From the IMG/VR virus record IMGVR_UViG_2878651225_000003: a stretch of 64,000 nucleotides of DNA. The stretch is one strand, 5' to 3'. Under the pieces are notes generated by a model, which had not been told where the DNA came from, made no database searches, and was given only the letters and a program-made list of their open reading frames with translations. This DNA comes from a virus. Of this stretch, positions 18,849 to 28,237 are shown one piece after another. A program made the position numbers and the translations under genes. Position 1 is the stretch's first letter. Every line of letters starts with the position of its first letter.

Positions 18849-19042
18849 TTGTCCACCTCTTCTAGATCGATTATTCTTTCTTTACACCCATCTACTTTTA
18901 AAACTTGGATATTTTCCTGCCAAATACCGCGTTGTAAGCGGCGGTTAATTTGTTCCAGTGTTAGTCCAAAAACCTCACAATATTTTGTAATAGGCATTGT
19001 TTTTGATGGAATAACTACCACTGATTTCTCTATGTTTGTCAT
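18815..19042 (-). CDS. xis: excisionase (Xis, HTH_17/DUF1233-like)
   Basis: 75 aa, ITKYCEVFGLTLEQINRRLQRG.., overlapping the int start. Confidence 0.65.
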   Translation of the reverse strand: MTNIEKSVVVIPSKTMPITKYCEVFGLTLEQINRRLQRGIWQENIQVLKVDGCKERIIDLEEVDKWARKNKIHAA

Positions 19043-19081
19043 ACTTTCCTCTCTCTGTTTCGTAGATTATTTGGCTTTCGC

Positions 19082-19288
19082 TCACTTCAGTACCTTGCAT
19101 ACTATTTCTAATATATTGATATTTTTTAGAGTTACACTATCTAAATAGCTCTCAATCATAGAGCTTATATTTTCATCTCTGTCTACTCGCTGTCCCGGAA
19201 AAAAATCCTCAATGGCTATCACATAAAAGATAGACACAGCTGCCGCTCCGGCAATTTCAACTATCTGCTCTAATGTTATTTCTATCAT
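19082..19288 (-). CDS. hypothetical protein
   Basis: 68-aa ORF in the early-left operon. Confidence 0.35.
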   Translation of the reverse strand: MIEITLEQIVEIAGAAAVSIFYVIAIEDFFPGQRVDRDENISSMIESYLDSVTLKNINILEIVCKVLK

Positions 19289-19334
19289 CAGCTAGTCTCT
19301 TGGAATAAAAAGCCCTGACGAGCAGGGCATTTGG

Positions 19335-19625
19335 TTAATTGAATAAATCAAGAATGGTTTTTTCTTTTTCTTTTATTTCCTCGGTATGGCTATTTTTGAT
19401 AATTTTTCTTGCCTCTTTCCAAATTTTAATTTTCCAGAAGAGTGAGAATGTAAAACGGATAAAAGTGTAATTTACCCTAATCATTTTAAGAAATAAAAAT
19501 CCATCACCAACGAATAACTCAATGCCGTTTTTATTCCTTAGCCAGTGATTTTCAAGCTGCCAATTTCTAGGCTCGCTTTTAAGACTATTTAAAACAGCCT
19601 TACAGATTTTATCAGTTGCTTTCAT
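19335..19625 (-). CDS. hypothetical protein
   Basis: 96 aa. Its ATG overlaps the stop codon of the upstream 32-aa peptide (TAATG). Confidence 0.4.
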   Translation of the reverse strand: MKATDKICKAVLNSLKSEPRNWQLENHWLRNKNGIELFVGDGFLFLKMIRVNYTFIRFTFSLFWKIKIWKEARKIIKNSHTEEIKEKEKTILDLFN

Positions 19626-19723
19626 TATTTATCCTTATCTCGATCAACCAGTTTGTATTGTCGAAAAAAGGCTTGTGCGGCAAATCCAATAGCAAGCCCA
19701 ACGATAATGCCAAGAATAAACAT
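19625..19723 (-). CDS. 32-aa single-TM peptide translationally coupled to the SPFH gene
   Basis: MFILGIIVGLAIGFAAQAFFRQYKLVDRDKDK. The ATG overlaps the SPFH stop codon (TAATG). Confidence 0.4.
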   Translation of the reverse strand: MFILGIIVGLAIGFAAQAFFRQYKLVDRDKDK

Positions 19724-20592
19724 TATTTACCCCCTACTTGAACAAACGGAAGTGAGCCGCTTGGGGTCATTGTCGTCGGCAATACGCCATTCCATTTTTC
19801 GGCTGCTGTCAGTTCAACCAACTGCCGATTTTCTTTCAATGCTTCACCTTTGGCGCGAATTGCGGCCGCTTCGGCCTCACCCGCTAACCGCACTTTTTCG
19901 GCATCAGCTTTAGCACGAATGATTTCTGCGTCCGCTTCGGCTTGCGCTTTGACTAAGCGGCTTTCGGCTTCTTTGCGGTCAATTGCGACTTGGCGCTCGG
20001 CGGTTTGAATTGCAACATTTTTCTGTACGGATTCCTCAACTCGTTTTTCATATTCCTTGTTGAACTGGATAATCGATTGCACGGCAGTAATCTCGATCGG
20101 GTAGTTTTTCACTGCCTCACGAACGGCTTGCGTAATATCAGTTGTTAATTTTGCGCGGTTTTCTAACGCTTGTTGCGCCGAATATTGGCTAAAAACAATT
20201 TCAATTGCTTGTCGCGTGCGGGGTTCAACGAGTTGATTTACCATATTTTCGGTGGTTCGGTATAGTTTATATGCTTTAACTGGGTCAGTCAGTTTATACG
20301 TCACTGTTAAACCAGTTGTGACGGTTTGGGTGTCACGAGTGTATGCCGCAAATCCGCCGACAACATCACCGTTTTCATCGAACTTACCGAAGACTTGTTT
20401 CTGTTCACGAATAGAAAAATGCGTGACATCTTCAAGCATACTTGACCAGCCTAAGCCTGATGTTTTGGTTTCGATAATTTCGCCGTATTTGGTCACTAGC
20501 GCAACCTCACCCTCGTCAACGGTGTAGGGGAAGCAGCCGGTTAACAAAGCCGATAAACCAATTGCGGTTGTAGTCATTTTGAGTTTTTTCAT
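19723..20592 (-). CDS. SPFH/band-7 (stomatin/prohibitin-like) lipoprotein
   Basis: Lipobox LLTGC. The SPFH core is followed by an Ala/Glu-rich coiled coil. Confidence 0.75.
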   Translation of the reverse strand: MKKLKMTTTAIGLSALLTGCFPYTVDEGEVALVTKYGEIIETKTSGLGWSSMLEDVTHFSIREQKQVFGKFDENGDVVGGFAAYTRDTQTVTTGLTVTYKLTDPVKAYKLYRTTENMVNQLVEPRTRQAIEIVFSQYSAQQALENRAKLTTDITQAVREAVKNYPIEITAVQSIIQFNKEYEKRVEESVQKNVAIQTAERQVAIDRKEAESRLVKAQAEADAEIIRAKADAEKVRLAGEAEAAAIRAKGEALKENRQLVELTAAEKWNGVLPTTMTPSGSLPFVQVGGK

Positions 20593-20664
20593 TTTATTTC
20601 CTTATTTTAGATAATAAAAAACCACCCCGAAGAGTGGCGATTTGTGTAGATATTTGTGGTTTAG

Positions 20665-21195
20665 TTATTTGGGTGGTTCGGACAGTGGCTGCCAGTGAGT
20701 GACATCTTCAATATCAAAACTAATACGCGGAGTAACTGCGAAATACTGCCGAAGATCGCCATCGTCATCAACCCAGCTTTCAAAAACAGCGGTTGATGTA
20801 AGAGTTTCGAATTGTTGTCCGCATTCTTCTTGCAGTTCTTTTTTTGAACTATAAATCTCAACACGCTGCTCTGGTTCTGGCAGCCGCTCATCAACGCTAA
20901 TCCAGCCGTTATGCTCAATAAGCTCAGGCAGATCGATGATATAATCATACTGCGATTCGCGAGTATCGTCCTTGTCCGGCGAACGTTTTTTAGATTCACA
21001 ATGTCCTAAAATTTTGCCATAGACTGCCTCACTAATTTTGTCCTCAAATTCATCAATAATGCTGTCTATTTCAACTGCATATTCGTATTGATTTAGCGCA
21101 TTTTCTAAGCAAGCCTGTTTCGCTTGCTCTAATGTTTCGTGAAATAAAATTGGATCATTGTCATTTACTATATCTACCGAAAAATATTTACTCAT
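20665..21195 (-). CDS. DUF551-like phage protein
   Basis: The C-terminus, WISVDERLPE…THWQPLSEPP, is the DUF551 signature. Confidence 0.6.
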   Translation of the reverse strand: MSKYFSVDIVNDNDPILFHETLEQAKQACLENALNQYEYAVEIDSIIDEFEDKISEAVYGKILGHCESKKRSPDKDDTRESQYDYIIDLPELIEHNGWISVDERLPEPEQRVEIYSSKKELQEECGQQFETLTSTAVFESWVDDDGDLRQYFAVTPRISFDIEDVTHWQPLSEPPK

Positions 21196-21204
21196 ATCTA
21201 CTCC

Positions 21205-21483
21205 TTAATTAAGCGTTTCAAGCCTAAAATAATTACAATTAACGCCGTCCATCGGGTGTGATTTTAAATGCGTAAATCGCTCGCCAAATAATTCGCGCAT
21301 AACTTTAGTGGATTTAACGATATTAGGTTTTCGATTAAATGATACCGATACAACTTGGTTGATATTTTCGAAAGTGTAAACTAAATATGTGTCGCCTCTT
21401 GTCGACCAGATCATAAAACCTATATTTCGGTATATGTCGAATTTGTGTTTTTTTAACACTGATAAGACTTCATCTTTAGTCAT
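21205..21483 (-). CDS. hypothetical protein
   Basis: Likely start at MTKDEVL. The longer 120-aa ORF overlaps its upstream neighbour. Confidence 0.3.
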   Translation of the reverse strand: MTKDEVLSVLKKHKFDIYRNIGFMIWSTRGDTYLVYTFENINQVVSVSFNRKPNIVKSTKVMRELFGERFTHLKSHPMDGVNCNYFRLETLN

Positions 21484-21682
21484 CTTCAAACTCCACCATT
21501 GCATCATCAATTGTGACCCAAATATTCTCTCTTTCCACGAACAAGCCGATATTTTCGGCGGCCGCAAGGCATTTATTCCCGAAATAGATAATGCTTACTC
21601 TATTTTTCTGAATAAAACGCAACCGCTTTCTATCTGCTAAAAGCTCGTCATATTTGTTTTTATCGATAGTTATTTTACTCAT
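21476..21682 (-). CDS. small hypothetical protein, paralog A
   Basis: Shares a YDELL.D..RL.FIQ motif with the next gene. Confidence 0.35.
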   Translation of the reverse strand: MSKITIDKNKYDELLADRKRLRFIQKNRVSIIYFGNKCLAAAENIGLFVERENIWVTIDDAMVEFEDD

Positions 21683-21875
21683 CGTTCATCTCCTTAATTG
21701 CGTTATCAATTGCCCTTCTGACACAATACGATATAGTAAAGGAGCATATGTCCGGCAATTGAAATTCCTTAACCTTAAAATAATCTCCATCAGTTGTAAT
21801 ATCCAATTTTAGGCTCTGGATAAAATCCAACCGCTCTTTATCTTTCAAAAGCTCGTCATATGTTAAAAAACTCAA
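21675..21875 (-). CDS. small hypothetical protein, paralog B
   Basis: Tandem paralog of 21476..21682. Confidence 0.35.
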   Translation of the reverse strand: MSFLTYDELLKDKERLDFIQSLKLDITTDGDYFKVKEFQLPDICSFTISYCVRRAIDNAIKEMNDE

Positions 21876-21890
21876 CGGCAGCGCAGATGA

Positions 21891-22811
21891 TTAATTCTTG
21901 TTTACTATTTCCCATTCTATTTCTTTCTCCACACCAAATTCATTACTCAATAAGTCAAATAATTGAGATAACTCAGATGTCATCAAAATAAAATCCGCGT
22001 CAAATCTCTGCGAATAATCCTCTTTCAAAATGTCGTCATTTTGTTCACGGATATTGTCGGCAAATTTCAAGCGTTTTAGCGCACAGTCTTGAGTGAGTAC
22101 AAAGTTCAAATGGTCTTCCCAATACAGCGCTAATTTAGTAATAGACTTTCCGGCGCCGTAGTGCTGTTCCATCTCTTCGCTTTCTAGGTCTTGCCGCTTG
22201 CAGCGGATAACGGCGTCATCGGTGGTTGATGTTAATTCCGCTTCATCAAGCAGCGTTAGCCAATCCGGCATGCTGTCGTTTTTAACCCAATCGGTCATTA
22301 GTGCCGACGGATTATTAGCGAACGCCAGCGGCACAACCGGAAGCGAGCCTAGGGTTTTTCGCAGTAACGACAGGACATCTTCGGCTTGTTTGGTTGAGGC
22401 TGCGTCGACGTAAATCAGTCTTTGCTTGGTGTCGATTAAAAGTGCGGTCTGCTTGAACTTGCTGAATGCACGCTGCAAGAGCATTGCTACAACATCATCT
22501 TTAATTGACTGCTTTTCGACTTTACTCAGTTTGCGTTGCTCTTTTTCTTCCAAGCTATCAACACGCTGCTTTAGCTCTTTATTGATGACGTGTGCCGGCA
22601 GGATTTTTTCTTCTCGTTGCGCAACAAGCAGAATAAAGCCGTTAGCAGAGTGGTGTAGTGATTCGCTATCCAGCGGCTCAATCCAGCCGAATTTACTTGC
22701 GTCAAAGCTGGCGCACGGTGTAAATGCTTCTTGCGCTAACCGAGGCTGTAAATTGCTCCAGTCCAGCTCTTTTTTAATGCGATAAATAATTGCGTTTTTA
22801 AACCAGTACAT
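21891..22811 (-). CDS. rdgC: recombination-associated protein RdgC
   Basis: Starts MYWFKNAIIYR… (RdgC N-terminal signature), about 305 aa. Confidence 0.75.
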   Translation of the reverse strand: MYWFKNAIIYRIKKELDWSNLQPRLAQEAFTPCASFDASKFGWIEPLDSESLHHSANGFILLVAQREEKILPAHVINKELKQRVDSLEEKEQRKLSKVEKQSIKDDVVAMLLQRAFSKFKQTALLIDTKQRLIYVDAASTKQAEDVLSLLRKTLGSLPVVPLAFANNPSALMTDWVKNDSMPDWLTLLDEAELTSTTDDAVIRCKRQDLESEEMEQHYGAGKSITKLALYWEDHLNFVLTQDCALKRLKFADNIREQNDDILKEDYSQRFDADFILMTSELSQLFDLLSNEFGVEKEIEWEIVNKN

Positions 22812-22813
22812 AG

Positions 22814-23074
22814 TTAGTCCTCGTGCTTGTTGCCGCAAAAAGGGCAGTATTGATGAATGATTTTTGTTTTACGGTTAACCTCTTTAATATTGCCGTTTCT
22901 ACCGTTTGTATAGATTTTATATGAAACGCCGGAAGAAGTTCTTTTTCTGCCTACTTTCCAACCTTTTAATGGAAAACAAGTCTCAATATTAACGTCTCCT
23001 ATAATATTGATTCCGTTGTTAATTAAATCTTCTTTAATTTTTTGTTCATATATCGCAATACAGTTGCAGCTCAT
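22814..23074 (-). CDS. small Zn-ribbon protein
   Basis: CNC…CPFCGN Cys pairs. Confidence 0.35.
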   Translation of the reverse strand: MSCNCIAIYEQKIKEDLINNGINIIGDVNIETCFPLKGWKVGRKRTSSGVSYKIYTNGRNGNIKEVNRKTKIIHQYCPFCGNKHED

Positions 23075-23149
23075 TTTTATACCTCGCTATTAAATTTTGG
23101 GTGCGGCAACCGCACTTGCATTAATCAAGTGAAAGTGCGGTCGATCGGG

Positions 23150-24433
23150 TTAATTTAAGCTGTTGACTTCGCCACGGCGCAGTTCTGGCAGAACGTTATT
23201 CCAGCCATTGCGGTTGAGCTTGTCAATTTCGATATCTTGAGTGGCACGCACAAGGATTTTTCGGGCGCTTTCGAAGGTACGCTCATATTCGGTTGAACAA
23301 CCACATACAGACGGTGCGAAACTGGAACCGAGCTTAATCAGTGCAGGGTAGAGCATGCCGAGAATGCCACTCATGCGGACTGCGGCTTTCCAAAGCCAAG
23401 ATAAGGTTTTTAGTTCGTCTTCGGTGAGTTGCAGATTGAAGACTTTTTCAGGTTCCGGCAATGCCAGTTGTTGCGGTTTGTTTTGTCCGATTAGAATATT
23501 TTCAATTTGTTCATCACACCAGATAGCAAAGTCAACATTTAGCCATCGGGCGAAAGCAACTGCTAATCGACGGTGTAGCCAAGTTCCACCATTAACACCT
23601 CGGGTTGTTTTTAAAATACGGGATTTTTCCGTATTTAGTTTTTTACACAGTAATTCAATGTATTCTTGCGTGCTGTCTAAGCGTAACCATTCATTTGGTA
23701 GCTTGTTAAAATGCTTTGCAATCGCAGTTGCATTAAGAAAAGCATCGTTTTGGAAGAAAACTTCAGTGCCGTTGTAGTGGGCTGTGATGATATTAGCCAT
23801 AGCTAACTCCTTTGTATTTTTTGAGAGATTAGCCACATTTGGTTGAGGGTGGCGGGACTCACTCTCAGGCATACAAAGAAACCTGTTGCTAGGTATTCCC
23901 ATTAAGGTATTGTATTTCCCAGCTATCGACCCGCCATTGTCTTTTAGGCATAAAAAAACCGCAAGGTCTGTCGGGTGCGGAAGCCGCTTTGTATTTTTTG
24001 AGAGGGCTCCAGTATATTGTGGTTGATTTTCATTGTCAATCTTCTTTTCAGGTTCCGGCAATGCAAGTTGTTGAGGTTGGCCTTTGTGCATCGCCAAGAA
24101 CGCACGCAGTACGATTAAATGGAATTTTGGGCTTATCCAAGTAGCGTAGGCAAGTACTAATTCTTCGCAAGCCCATGTGCCTTTATTGATACCAGTGCGT
24201 AAGGATTTATGTGATACACAGATCTGTGTATCAGAGTTTTTTGATGTGCAGATCTGCACATCAGAATTTTCATTCTCAATTTCAGTGATTAAATCTTTTG
24301 TTGTATCAAGACGAATAAAAAAAGTTGGACGGTGTTTATCTTCACCACCACTTGCAATATGTAGATCGTTCAGCGAATAAAGATTTTCAAAAGTACGGAT
24401 CGGCGTATTTAAAATTGATAATTGAGTTGTCAT
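23150..24433 (-). CDS. tandem KilA-N domain ORF. May be two adjacent KilA-N genes read as one frame.
   Basis: Two paralogous KilA-N cores (…NKGTWACEELVLAYATWISPKF… and …NGGTWLHRRLAVAFARWLNVDF…), each followed by QQLALPEPEK. An AAGGAG RBS plus ATG lies at 23797. A hairpin plus T-run lies at ~23940-23975 inside the ORF. No in-frame stop separates the two halves. Confidence 0.55.
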   Translation of the reverse strand: MTTQLSILNTPIRTFENLYSLNDLHIASGGEDKHRPTFFIRLDTTKDLITEIENENSDVQICTSKNSDTQICVSHKSLRTGINKGTWACEELVLAYATWISPKFHLIVLRAFLAMHKGQPQQLALPEPEKKIDNENQPQYTGALSKNTKRLPHPTDLAVFLCLKDNGGSIAGKYNTLMGIPSNRFLCMPESESRHPQPNVANLSKNTKELAMANIITAHYNGTEVFFQNDAFLNATAIAKHFNKLPNEWLRLDSTQEYIELLCKKLNTEKSRILKTTRGVNGGTWLHRRLAVAFARWLNVDFAIWCDEQIENILIGQNKPQQLALPEPEKVFNLQLTEDELKTLSWLWKAAVRMSGILGMLYPALIKLGSSFAPSVCGCSTEYERTFESARKILVRATQDIEIDKLNRNGWNNVLPELRRGEVNSLN

Positions 24434-24569
24434 AATTTATATCCTTTGAGTGATTTTAATTGCCCTACTGTTGAGATAGGGTGATCGGGTGCTTCAACAC
24501 TGCTCAAAGTCAGCCTTTCGTTTTCCCTTGCGGTATTGTATGTACGAAACGCCACCCGATCATAAAATC

Positions 24570-24600
24570 AGGATATAAAAAAACCGCAAAAATGCGGTTG
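24570..24600 (-). terminator. rho-independent terminator
   Basis: aaccgcatttttgcggtt hairpin followed by TTTTTTAT on the minus strand, downstream of the MTase. Confidence 0.55.
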
Positions 24601-24691
24601 CTTTCCGCTTTGAGTCGAGGTGTGTTGAGCACCGTTAGCGGGATAGTAATACATGACTTTAACATTGTCAAATATCAAGCGGTATCAAAAG

Positions 24692-26581
24692 TTATTTACT
24701 GATATAGCTGGATATGCGATCGCCAATCCAGCGCATAACAGGCACAGCCATACTGTTTCCTATCGCCTTATATCGCGGTGAATCAGGGCAATCTTCGGCA
24801 GGTTTCTTGCGATACGGAATGCGTGTGTAATCACAATGTTTTATTATTTGCGCTATTCTTGATTTACTTATTGCATATTTATTAGCTAACTCTCTCATTG
24901 TTATACCTGTGCTATTGTATTCTGCGCAAATAATCGGGTGATAAATAGGATTTAGCTTAGATTTGATTTTATAGCACCCATCTTTAAATGCCTTGGTACT
25001 ATTTTCTTGTGGGGATAACAGTTGTAAATTTTCAATTCTGTTATCTTGCTTGTTGTTATTTATATGATCAATAACTTTACCTCGTGGAATTATGCCGTTT
25101 TGTGCTATCCATATAATTCTATGAATTCTGCACTGTCTTTTTACGACACCAATTTTTATTGATACAACCAAATATCCATTTAACACTGAGCCCTTGAGTG
25201 CTTTAGGTGTTTTTAAGGGTATTCCGCCTGGCCCTTTAGTTGTGTAAACAACTCCTTTCTCAGTATTAACAATAATTTTCCCAATATGTATGTTATAAGC
25301 TATAAATTCATCTTTAGTCATCGCTGTTAAATTTGCCATTGTTACTCCATAAAAACCCTGCAATCTCTCGCACTCAGTTACGGTTAATTTTCTCACCGCG
25401 GTATTGGTTGAAACAGCGTGAATATCAGTGCTTGTTAGCGTGTACATAACACCGCTATCATCTGCGCCCACGCCGTTTCCGCCTGCATTATCAGCACGAT
25501 TAATGATGTTTCCAGCAATGGCAACGCAAGGAATGTTACCGCCACCAGTTCCCATTCTTGCCTTAAGTGTCGGTGAAATGCCATTATGATGTAATCTAAC
25601 AGATTCCAATCCTTTCATCTCAAACAACACATTTTCTTGGCCGTTATTTCTCCCCAAGCAATGTGCTTTATTGGAAGCAATGGGATCTTGCGTACCGTGT
25701 ACAATAAAAAAATCGCCCGAGAATGCCTCTTGATTGCCTAACCACTGCTTATCACCACAATTTGCCAAAATGGTGCCGGCAACAGATTTTTGCGATGATA
25801 AAACAAGGCTTTCGCTGCCATTTCCACAACTGCCGCCACTTGCTCTTAGTGTGTCGGCGACGGGTTGCTCAGTGTATTTTCCAAAGCCTGTTTCAGCAAA
25901 GGCGGTAACGTTTTGTTGCGTTTCTGCGCTCGTTGTAATATTCCTTGGCAGGCTCTTTCGCTCAAAAAGTATTTCGCATGCACTTCTTTTTCTAGCACTT
26001 GCCACAACGAACACTCTTTTGCGTCGTTGGGGGACTCCGAAAAATTGAGCGTCGAGGGTGCGCCAGACGACTGTCCTTTGCGCATTGATATAACCAGCGT
26101 TACCCCATCGCTTGTTGTCTGGTGGTAAGAATGGCTCTCCGCCAGAAGCCAGTCCAGCCAAAAAACATCCGAAAGCATTGTCCTTTGTGGAAAGAACGCC
26201 GGGAACATTTTCCCAAACGATAATAAGGGGTGGTTTGTTGTCTGCGTGCCTGATGTGGTCAATTGCATTAGCTATCTCTATAAATTTTAGTGTTAAATTT
26301 CCGCGTTCGTCGTCAAGGCTTTCACGGTTGCCCGCCACGCTGAACGCTTGACAAGGTGTGCCTCCAACAAGCACATCAGGCGCGGGAATTTCGCGGTTAA
26401 GGATTTTGTCGGCAAGTGCGGTCATATCTCCAAGATTCGGCACATCGGGAAAATGGTGCGCTAATACCGCACTTGGAAAAGGCTCAATTTCAGAAAACCA
26501 AAGTGGAGTAGCGAATGAATGCCATGCGCAAGTCACCGCCTCAATGCCTGAACAGACTGAGCCGTAAGTAAAATTTTTCAT
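24692..26581 (-). CDS. DNA (cytosine-5)-methyltransferase with an in-frame HNH(AP2-type)/HTH module inserted between motifs IX and X
   Basis: Motifs I (GSVCSGIEA), IV (GGTPCQAFS), VI (ENV), VIII (QRRKRVF), IX (RKLTVTECERLQGF) and X (AIGNSMAVPV) are all present. About 170 aa between IX and X contain GYLVVSIKIG…HRIIW…VIDHINNNKQDNRIENLQLL (HNH_3-like) and a TMRELANKYAISKSRIAQII HTH. Confidence 0.8.
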   Translation of the reverse strand: MKNFTYGSVCSGIEAVTCAWHSFATPLWFSEIEPFPSAVLAHHFPDVPNLGDMTALADKILNREIPAPDVLVGGTPCQAFSVAGNRESLDDERGNLTLKFIEIANAIDHIRHADNKPPLIIVWENVPGVLSTKDNAFGCFLAGLASGGEPFLPPDNKRWGNAGYINAQRTVVWRTLDAQFFGVPQRRKRVFVVASARKRSACEILFERKSLPRNITTSAETQQNVTAFAETGFGKYTEQPVADTLRASGGSCGNGSESLVLSSQKSVAGTILANCGDKQWLGNQEAFSGDFFIVHGTQDPIASNKAHCLGRNNGQENVLFEMKGLESVRLHHNGISPTLKARMGTGGGNIPCVAIAGNIINRADNAGGNGVGADDSGVMYTLTSTDIHAVSTNTAVRKLTVTECERLQGFYGVTMANLTAMTKDEFIAYNIHIGKIIVNTEKGVVYTTKGPGGIPLKTPKALKGSVLNGYLVVSIKIGVVKRQCRIHRIIWIAQNGIIPRGKVIDHINNNKQDNRIENLQLLSPQENSTKAFKDGCYKIKSKLNPIYHPIICAEYNSTGITMRELANKYAISKSRIAQIIKHCDYTRIPYRKKPAEDCPDSPRYKAIGNSMAVPVMRWIGDRISSYISK

Positions 26582-26598
26582 GTTGATTTCTCGTGCGA

Positions 26599-27204
26599 TT
26601 AAGCTACTCGTTTCTGTTGTTCGATTTCGCTTGGCGAGAGGATTCTATTAAAAACCGCTTCGTAAGCACGGTGAAACGCTTGCTTTAATTCAGCTTCGGC
26701 AGTTTTGGGTGATAGCACTTTGAGCGGAATAGGGACGGTTGTCACACCTTCCAGTTGCGCCCAGTCGCTTTCATTGCTCAATAACGCTTCTTTTTCCATT
26801 TTCAGCGCAATCAAATCAACCCGCTTCACTAAATCTTTCTCGGTGTCGCTGATTTCCGGCAAGCCGTACCGCACTTCGATAGCTTGTTCAAAACGTGCCT
26901 CAATCGCCATAAAATCAGGTAGCAATCGTTTGAGCGGCGTCGGCACATCTTTGACGTAAGCTTCGGCGAAATCGTGCATTAGCACTCTCAAGCACAAATA
27001 CGGGGGGTAGCCCAAATGCTCGGCGATTGCTAAACAAAATAGCAGATGATTAGCAACGGAGTAGGGCGCTTCGGACTGCCCCATAAAGCGATTTTCAAGG
27101 CTTAAATGGTGCGCGATGTCGGTAATGCAGATTTGATTTGGGTCGGGTGCGGTGTAGTCGATGTGCTTGTGCGAGTAGGTTTTAATCCAGTTGTTAGATA
27201 CCAC
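26599..27204 (-). CDS. HD-domain phosphohydrolase (YfbR-like)
   Basis: H…HDFAEAYVKD (HD motif). Confidence 0.6.
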   Translation of the reverse strand: MVSNNWIKTYSHKHIDYTAPDPNQICITDIAHHLSLENRFMGQSEAPYSVANHLLFCLAIAEHLGYPPYLCLRVLMHDFAEAYVKDVPTPLKRLLPDFMAIEARFEQAIEVRYGLPEISDTEKDLVKRVDLIALKMEKEALLSNESDWAQLEGVTTVPIPLKVLSPKTAEAELKQAFHRAYEAVFNRILSPSEIEQQKRVA

Positions 27205-27834
27205 CTAAACCTCTCTTAAGCTGTCTGGCCAGTCGTCACAATAGTCACATTCCGCAATCAATTTTGATTTACTGTCAGAAAGTGTTAACCATTCACCATT
27301 GTCTAAATCCGGTTTCCCAGAATGAACATATATTGAACCACTCAGATCTATTGAAATCCACTTTGCCCATTTCGGCACGCTGTACACTTTGCCGAAATAC
27401 ATAACTAGCTTGGCGTTTTCGATGGGGCAGTATCTTTCGATGTTGAGTTTAATTGCTTCAAATTCTGCGGCTTCTCTTTTTGCGAAAATGGGTTTATTTT
27501 TGATTGTGTCCTTATCATATTCGTCTTCAGGGTCATAATCTAGCACGCACACTAGAAAACTTCTATTTGCGCAATCTGGAAAATACACATCATCACCTTT
27601 TATCGGCTCACTCAAATACCGTCCGTTTTCGTCGATTTGCGGTTTGTCTTGCCACATAAGGACATCATTTTTTGAGCAGATATAAGGTTTTGAATAACCA
27701 TGCGTCTCACCTGATTCAGTTTCAACAAGAACGCATTCTGAACTTCTTGGGCTTTGGACTATGTAGGCTTTTTCGCCGTTAAAATTTATCGGTTCACCCG
27801 CCAATGCCTTTTCTAAGTCAAATGGTTTACTCAT
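27205..27834 (-). CDS. hypothetical phage protein
   Basis: 209-aa ORF in operon context. Confidence 0.4.
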   Translation of the reverse strand: MSKPFDLEKALAGEPINFNGEKAYIVQSPRSSECVLVETESGETHGYSKPYICSKNDVLMWQDKPQIDENGRYLSEPIKGDDVYFPDCANRSFLVCVLDYDPEDEYDKDTIKNKPIFAKREAAEFEAIKLNIERYCPIENAKLVMYFGKVYSVPKWAKWISIDLSGSIYVHSGKPDLDNGEWLTLSDSKSKLIAECDYCDDWPDSLREV

Positions 27835-28237
27835 TGTTAGCTTCCTCCCAGTAACCGACGATGTCGTCAGTCTGGTCGGCTGAGTAGCCGGTTCTGCCTT
27901 TTATCGAATATGATGTAGTTATGAGCCACCCACTATTATTTATAATTACACCGTTTAGTGGAAATTCACTATTGTTATCCTTTGATAATATTAATGCTTT
28001 TAATCCGTCACGAGTGCGTAATAGTGTACGGTCACGGATAATCGTGTCCCAGTCAAATGTTATTTCTTTGACGGTTTCGTTTTCCTTGATTTCTTTGTCT
28101 TGTGGAATATCTGGGAACTTCGACCAACCCTGTTCAAAAATACCGATTTGCCATACTGTTCCGTCATTGCATAATGCTGTAGTCAGGTCAATATCTTGAT
28201 ATTCACCGCCGCAGGCAATCTGAATAATTTTTCTCAT
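27827..28237 (-). CDS. hypothetical phage protein
   Basis: Likely start at MRKIIQIACGG. Confidence 0.35.
   Translation of the reverse strand: MRKIIQIACGGEYQDIDLTTALCNDGTVWQIGIFEQGWSKFPDIPQDKEIKENETVKEITFDWDTIIRDRTLLRTRDGLKALILSKDNNSEFPLNGVIINNSGWLITTSYSIKGRTGYSADQTDDIVGYWEEANNE

Noticed and set aside
23797-24433. Splitting the 427-aa KilA-N ORF into two annotated genes
   Set aside because: There is no in-frame stop between the halves in this sequence. I kept it as one feature and flagged the evidence for two.
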